Shown one piece after another: positions 57,709 to 64,000 of a stretch of DNA of 64,000 nt; the first letter of the stretch is position 1, and the number at the start of each line of letters is the position of its first letter. The DNA is from the human T2T-CHM13v2.0 reference genome, Homo sapiens. The DNA lies in NCBI RefSeq assembly GCF_009914755.1, contig NC_060928.1; one strand, written 5' to 3'. The position numbers were made by a program, and so were the translations under genes. The notes beneath the pieces were generated by a model. The model was not told the origin of the DNA, made no database searches, and saw nothing but the letters and a program-made list of their open reading frames with translations.

Positions 57709-58559
57709 AAATGAGAAATGTCTATGCAAAATCACATTGGTTTGTTTTATTCTCTTGTTACTACCTACTTTTCGCCATCTCCACTTTAGGTCCTTGTTTT
57801 GACTTACAGGTATAATTACTCAGGATAAAAGGAATAAATATGGCCCCTTTACGTCCTTTCTTAAAATTTCTTGCTTATAGGATCATTTTGCATTTTTTGC
57901 AGATATTTATGGGGTGAGAGCTTCTCATTTGTTTATAGCAGTTTTGTAAATGCCCCCAATACAATTCTAATCACATAGTACTACTAAAGTCATAGCCTGA
58001 GTAACAACAAAACATTAAGGAATATTGTACATAATATCTTAATTGTGACCTAATCACAAGATGATGATCTCGGATGCCTTGGCATTCTTCGTGTGCTGGA
58101 GGTTGAGGAGGTGAAGGGAGGTAGATAGAATTTGCATCCATCCAAGGAGACTTAGAATGCTTGCAGAATGAATGACTTGGGCAAGAGTCATGCATACATG
58201 GACCAAGTTGTGTTGGTGCAGCAGGGTGGGAGAATAGTGTTTGCCTTCATTATTACTCACATGTTCCAGGTACAGGGCTAAGCGATTTTCTTATACTGCC
58301 TTACTGAATACTAAGAGGCAGAGAAAATATTGCCTCTGTTTCTAGATAACTAGCATAAAGATGCCCCCACAGTTACACATTTGAAAAATGTTCATAACTA
58401 TATTTCAGTCTGAGTCTATGTTTGGTAATTTAGAAAACTGCATTTTTAAATTTTTTGTTATTGTTTAGATAACAAAATATGGCTAAGGAAGCTGAATGGT
58501 AAGAGCCTGCTACTCTTTACCTGTGGGGTTTTTATTTTTGAAATCTGAAAGTACGATTT

Positions 58560-58900
58560 ATTAAAGCATCCAAAACAAAAAAAGTCAGTGACAAAGTTGA
58601 ACAAAGATGTGCGATACCTATACCCTGAAAACAACAGAACATTGCTGAGATGAATAAAAGAGTAAAATTCCTGGAAACAATTAGTATGACCATGAATTCA
58701 ATGATGGGTTCTTTTCAATCAATGTATAAATTTAGTATTATCTTAATAAAAATTTTAGCACGCTTTTTAATAATAATTGATAAGCTGTTTTAAAACATGT
58801 ATATGGAAATAGAATGGCCTTGGAATAATCAAAACAAGTTTGAAAAAGAACAAAATTTGAGGACTCACACTATCTAATTTAAAGACTTATTAACCAAGAC
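58560..58900 (+). mobile_element. Old L1M ORF2 fragment
   Basis: ttgaaaaagaacaaaatttgaggactcacactatctaatttaaagacttat. Confidence 0.65.
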
Positions 58901-60999
58901 AGTGTTAATAGTAAGAGATTATTGAGTTTAGATTTTTCACATATAAAGTATTATTTTTTTAATTATGACAACTCGAAAAGAGAGGTTTATTATTTTCATT
59001 TTGAATAATGACACTTGGAATCAGAAATAAGAGCAGGTTGCTCAAAATTATACAGCTGGTTAGTAACAGACTCTGGGCTCAATTCTCAAATACTAGTCTT
59101 CAAGTTCTAGGTCAATTGCTCTCTTCAGGCTTCCCCTCTAACCTCCCAGTCCAGTTCCCAGGTTAAGTACAGATTTTTTTTTTCTGGTAAATTCTCTATG
59201 AAACAGATGAAGAAATACATGAGGAACTACTAGGGCAAATTTTCCCTCAGGTTCTCTAATGTAAACATAGCTTTTAAAAGGTTGAGACAGGATACCAGCA
59301 AATGAAGTTGAAGCATTTTCTTCTTGGCTAAGTATCATTAATCATGTGCAGACAGAGAAACTATTGTACTGTGAAAAACAGAAATTCTGCTTTAGCTTCT
59401 ACTCACCAAACAAAACAAGCAGTTGCTTAGCCTATGATGATATTTCATTTTTAAAGTGAGTTAAGCCCTGTTTTACCAGCTGTAGACTCTGAGAATGAAT
59501 ATGGGTGTGAATGCTTCTCAATGAAAGAGGGGAAAGAACCCACAGGAAATGATAGGCTCCTTGGGAGTTTGAGAGTGCAGTTCAAATCTCCAGTGGACAT
59601 TTGGGTTAAAAAAAAATTTAAGGCCAATTATAAACAAGAGAATAACAGTCTATGATAAGAAAATCCTTTGCTTGTTCTTTCTCTCTATGTATCCACAGTC
59701 AATGCTCCTGACAAGCACCTATTTATTTTAAAGATTCTCAGCAAACATATGTGGTCTATTATCCTTTTGCACAATATGGACTTTTTGGGCTCCCGAGAAA
59801 TGTATGTCTATTTAAAATTAGCTTTGAAAGTTCTTTTATTAGCTTCTTGTAGAAGGCCTAGCTCATTTCCTTTTTTTTTCCATTTGATAATTACTATCCC
59901 CCTGGTAATGTAGCTTCACAGGTTGATTGTAAAATCCCCTCACCATATGGGCTATTTTAAATATAAAGTGAAAATTTTGACAGTTTGAGGATTTATTAAT
60001 ATATAATAATTCTGAAATAATTATATTCAGCATTAATGGTTAGAAAAGTCTAACCTTTTCTGTAGCATTAAATAACAGAAATATTGGGGAAATAGGAAAA
60101 CATTAGATTTAAACACAAATAATTACTACCTGTAAATTACATTCTTAATATAAAAATTGTACCTTAATTTTGGCAAAAAAAAATAACATTTGTAAAATCA
60201 TTAAGTTTGCAAATATCAAATGATAAACCTAATTAATAATACTACTACAAATATTAGAAGAAATTAAACAATGTTTCTGAAAACATAAAATCTCACAGAA
60301 GGCCCCATTCTTTGATTGCTTCATTATCTGTCTTAAAATAATGTCTTTTGTTGCTCTTTTCTAGGTTCAGCAGAATATGGTAATATACACTAGCTGGAAT
60401 GTCTATTCCCAGTTTGCAATATTTTAAGATTACTGAGTACATTTCCTTTTCTAATATAGAGAAAAAGATTATAGCATCAAAACGCAATTTGAAATACATT
60501 GAAAGACTTGCTGACATAGGAATGTATAACATTTTAATTAGTTTGCTTGGAAGCTAGAGATTTTTAGGTAAATGAATCCTATCATTTTTAATTTAGTAAA
60601 ACACTTTTATATAAAGACATGTTAGCTTACTTGAATTAAGTGACCAAGTTATTAAGGAGGATTCAATGAATATAGGGCACATTCTTCCTAAAATCATTTT
60701 TCTTTAATAGTTGCAAGTTAAAATAAAGAATAAAATATAGTGGTATTTGAAAATTCCTAGCACTTTGTAGATGTTCCATAATAGTCTCCAATAGGAGTTA
60801 ACAAATAAATGGTCCATGAAATATATTGCATGGTAGTCAAATGAATAAAAAAGAATATGATTAAGCTAGTGCCTTTAAATTTTACAACAGTTTACAACTT
60901 TAAAAAAGAAAATGTTATATACATTGGATTCAATCATTTAAACAAGGAGACAGAAGAAATATTTTTTGCTTTTTATGGCCATAACAAGACCTTCAGTCA

Positions 61000-61507
61000 A
61001 TTCTTTCTACTTCATCCAGTTAGATTCCTGCTTGTGTTGGACTCCTTACCAAGCTTGAGATGGGGCAGAGACTAGATGTAGGGGTCAAGGGGCATCAGCT
61101 CCCTGGAGCAGTATCTCAGAAAGGAATAGGACCTCCGGTTGCCTCTCTTTTTATTACCTAACATTATCTTCTTGGTACTGGTGTACACCTGAGGATTGGC
61201 ATGGACATATGGGGAAGACAAGGTCTTGTAAATCTAGGCTGGTTAAAAATAAAACACTGAATGGGTCTCTAAGGAGTTTAAATTTTGCATGGAAAAGTCC
61301 TTTAAAAAGTTCTTCTTGGGTCTTAAAGCTGGTAAGAGGCTTATTTAAATTTTGAAAAGATTTACATGTATAGCAAATAAAAAGAACTTTTAAATTAAAA
61401 ATTTTCTAAATTAAATGCTTAAAAAATGAGAGGGGAGGGAAGACTCTTCCCTTATTTTGAACAAAGAGAATTCAGTTTCTTTTTTTTAATTTGTATTTAC
61501 CTTTACA
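61000..61507 (-). mobile_element. Probable old ERV1 LTR (MER65/MER67-like)
   Basis: Ends ...atttgtatttacctttaca (reverse TGTAAAGGTAAATACAAAT, an LTR-type start). The left boundary is uncertain. Confidence 0.4.
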
Positions 61508-62339
61508 GAGTCTATATTTAGTAGGCATAAAATTCAGTCCCTTGGGAAAATTATATTATAATTTTAAACTTTATATAGAAGAATTATTACTATGACTTTC
61601 TGTATATATAAATATTTTCTGATCAAATATGCTATAATCAAATAAGCTAATAGAAAACCATTAAATATATTACTTGAACATTTAATAAATTATAATAATT
61701 ATAGCAGCCTTATATTTATGTAAGATATACATTTAGCTAAGACATATGTATTTTGTATATTACCTAGAAATATATACAGAAAACATTTTATATAAAACAA
61801 AATATTAAGTTACATTATCTTTCTCTGAAAGAAAACCATCCATACTTCGGATTTACATGGATATTTTTAGTTACTTTTAAGTATGCATCAGGAAATCAGA
61901 ACATTTAAATTGAAAATATGAATTAAGACTAACCTAGATAGACTTTCTGTAATGTCCATTCCTTTTTACTTGGAAAAAGTCAAGTTAAAGTTGCATATTT
62001 ACTAGATATGTACACCAGTTTCTTAAAACTTTCAACCCATTTTTCTTTCTAACATAGCAGCAGTAACATACTGTTAATATAGCCTTAGATTTTGATGTTA
62101 ATAAATATGTGGCAAACATAGCACAGGCTGTGAACTATCTTCTATTGCCGATTTACGTTAATCAAGATAGGTAGTTATTTCCTGTCAAGGCTGAATTTGT
62201 TCTGATGTGTTTTAAGACGTACAGTTGGAAATGCTCTGAATTTTCGTTAGAACTATTTTGCCAATTACTGTTTCTCTGGGATCATAAATAACAATGTCCA
62301 AACTGTGACATAAACATTAAATATTTTTCCTTCTGTTTT

Positions 62340-64000
62340 TAAAGAACAAAACACAATTTTATATATTATACAGTTGACCCATTTGAAGTATACAGTTTAA
62401 TGAACTTGTAAAACTGTCTATAAACATGTAACCGCCAACAGTACAATTAAGATATAGACAAATTATACCACTCTAAAAAGCTTTATCCTGCTTCTCTGCA
62501 GTTTATACTGCCCCCCCCCACACCCCATACCTGCTGCCAGGAAAGACTAATCTGCTTGCCCTTTTATATAATTTGATATAAATGAAATCATATGTTCTTT
62601 TATAATTTACTACTTTCAGTTAACATAATGTCTCTAAGATTAATGTAGGTTGTTCTATGTATTTTGTTTCTCTTTATATCACCATGTGGTATCCTACAGT
62701 AAGTTTAAGTCATATTTATTTTTCCCATTCACTGGTAGATGCGCATATGAGTTTCTTGAACTTTTGGGTCATTATAAATAAAGCTGCTCTAAATATCCAA
62801 ATACATATCTGTGTGATGGCATATTTTCATTTCCCTTTGATAAACACCTATAAATGGAACTGCCGATTTGTATGATAAGCATATCTTTTGCTTTATATGA
62901 TACATCTACACTGCTTTCAAAAGTGACTAACATTTTGGAGACCCACCAACACTGTGTGAGACTTTGATTTATACTCACCAATGTTGAGTGTTTTAACTTT
63001 AACCATTTTAGCATATATATGTGTAGTTATATCTTGTCATTTTAATTTATATTTTCCTGTAGGCTAGTAGTGTTGTGCATCCTTTTATATAACAATGAGC
63101 ATTTTTTAATGTAACAATTGACCATCCTATCGTATATCTTCCTTTTTATAGTGCTTATTCACAGATTTACTGATTTTTTAAACATTTATTTTAGGTTTCG
63201 AGGCACATGTGAAGGTTTGTTAAATAGATAACTTGTGTCAAATAGGTTAGTTGTACAGATTATTTCATCACAGAGGTACTAAGCCTAGTATCCAATATTT
63301 ATTTTTTCTGCTCTTTTCCTTCCTTCCACTGTCCACCCTCAAGTAGACTCCAATGTCTGTTGTTCCCTTCTTTGTGTTCATTAATTGTCATTATTTAGCT
63401 CCCACTTTTTATAAGTGAGAACATGCGGTATTTGGTTTTCTGTTTTTGTGTTAGTTTGCTGAAGATAATAGCCTCCAGCTCCATCTATGTTCCCCCAAAA
63501 GGCATGGTCTCATTCTTTTTACGGCTGCATAGTATTCCATGGTGTATGTATACCACATTTTCTTCATTTAATCTGTCATTGATGAGCATTTAGGTTGATT
63601 CCATATCTTTGCTATTGTGACTGGCATTGCAGTGAACTTCCACATGCATGTGTCTTTGTGGTAGAATGATTTCTATTCCTTTGGCTATAAACCCAGTAGT
63701 GGGATTGCTGGGTTGGAGGGTGGTTCTGCTTTTAGCTCTCTAGGGAATTACCATATTGCTTTCCACAATGGTTGAAATAATTTACTCTCCAACCAACAGT
63801 GTATGTGTTCCCTTTTCTCTGAAACCTTGCCAGCATCTGTTATTTTTTGACTTTTTAACAATAGTCATTTTGACTGGTGTGAGATGCTATCTCATTGTGT
63901 TTTTGATTTGCATTTCTCTATTTCCTAATTTTCAATTGGGTTGTCCTACTATTAATTTTGACTTATAAGAGTTCTTTCCATATTCTGAACAGTAAGCCAT
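62340..64000 (-). mobile_element. Old L1M 3' region interrupted by an L1PA
   Basis: Reverse L1 3'-UTR/ORF2 text at 62340-63170, resuming at ~63920. Confidence 0.7.
63175..63920 (-). mobile_element. 5'-truncated older L1PA (PA13-16-like)
   Basis: ttgtacagattatttcatca...taagtgagaacatgcggtatttggttttctg...ggctgcatagtattccatggtg. Confidence 0.85.

Overview
Primate (human-like) genomic DNA: AT-rich, repeat-dense and intergenic or intronic in character. I recognise no intact host protein-coding gene, tRNA, rRNA or CRISPR array. The recognisable ORF-track calls come from Alu, L1, LTR or microsatellite sequence, and the rest look like chance ORFs. The window holds Alus (S and Y subfamilies, one old monomer), L1 fragments from L1M-age up to a 5'-truncated L1PA2, L2/MIR remnants, LTR/ERV elements (MER51, MER21, MER31, THE1, MLT1, MLT2, ERV1 and ERVL/MaLR internal pieces), DNA transposons (Tigger3, MADE1), a highly degenerate PPIA processed pseudogene (~30.1-30.8 kb) and one CpG-island-like promoter candidate (~38.05-38.64 kb). 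The most notable items are: a TSD-flanked, poly(A)-tailed orphan retrocopy carrying an ancient MIR inside a younger L1PA (14.2-14.8 kb); an L1PA2 with a double poly(A) tail nested in LTRs; a perfect 40-bp palindrome at 40191-40230; and a 91-bp tandem duplication plus a 13-bp hairpin just before the CpG island. I found no support for a new biological system beyond these local structures. Subfamily names come from remembered consensus sequences and need RepeatMasker/Dfam confirmation. Boundaries of old repeats are approximate.
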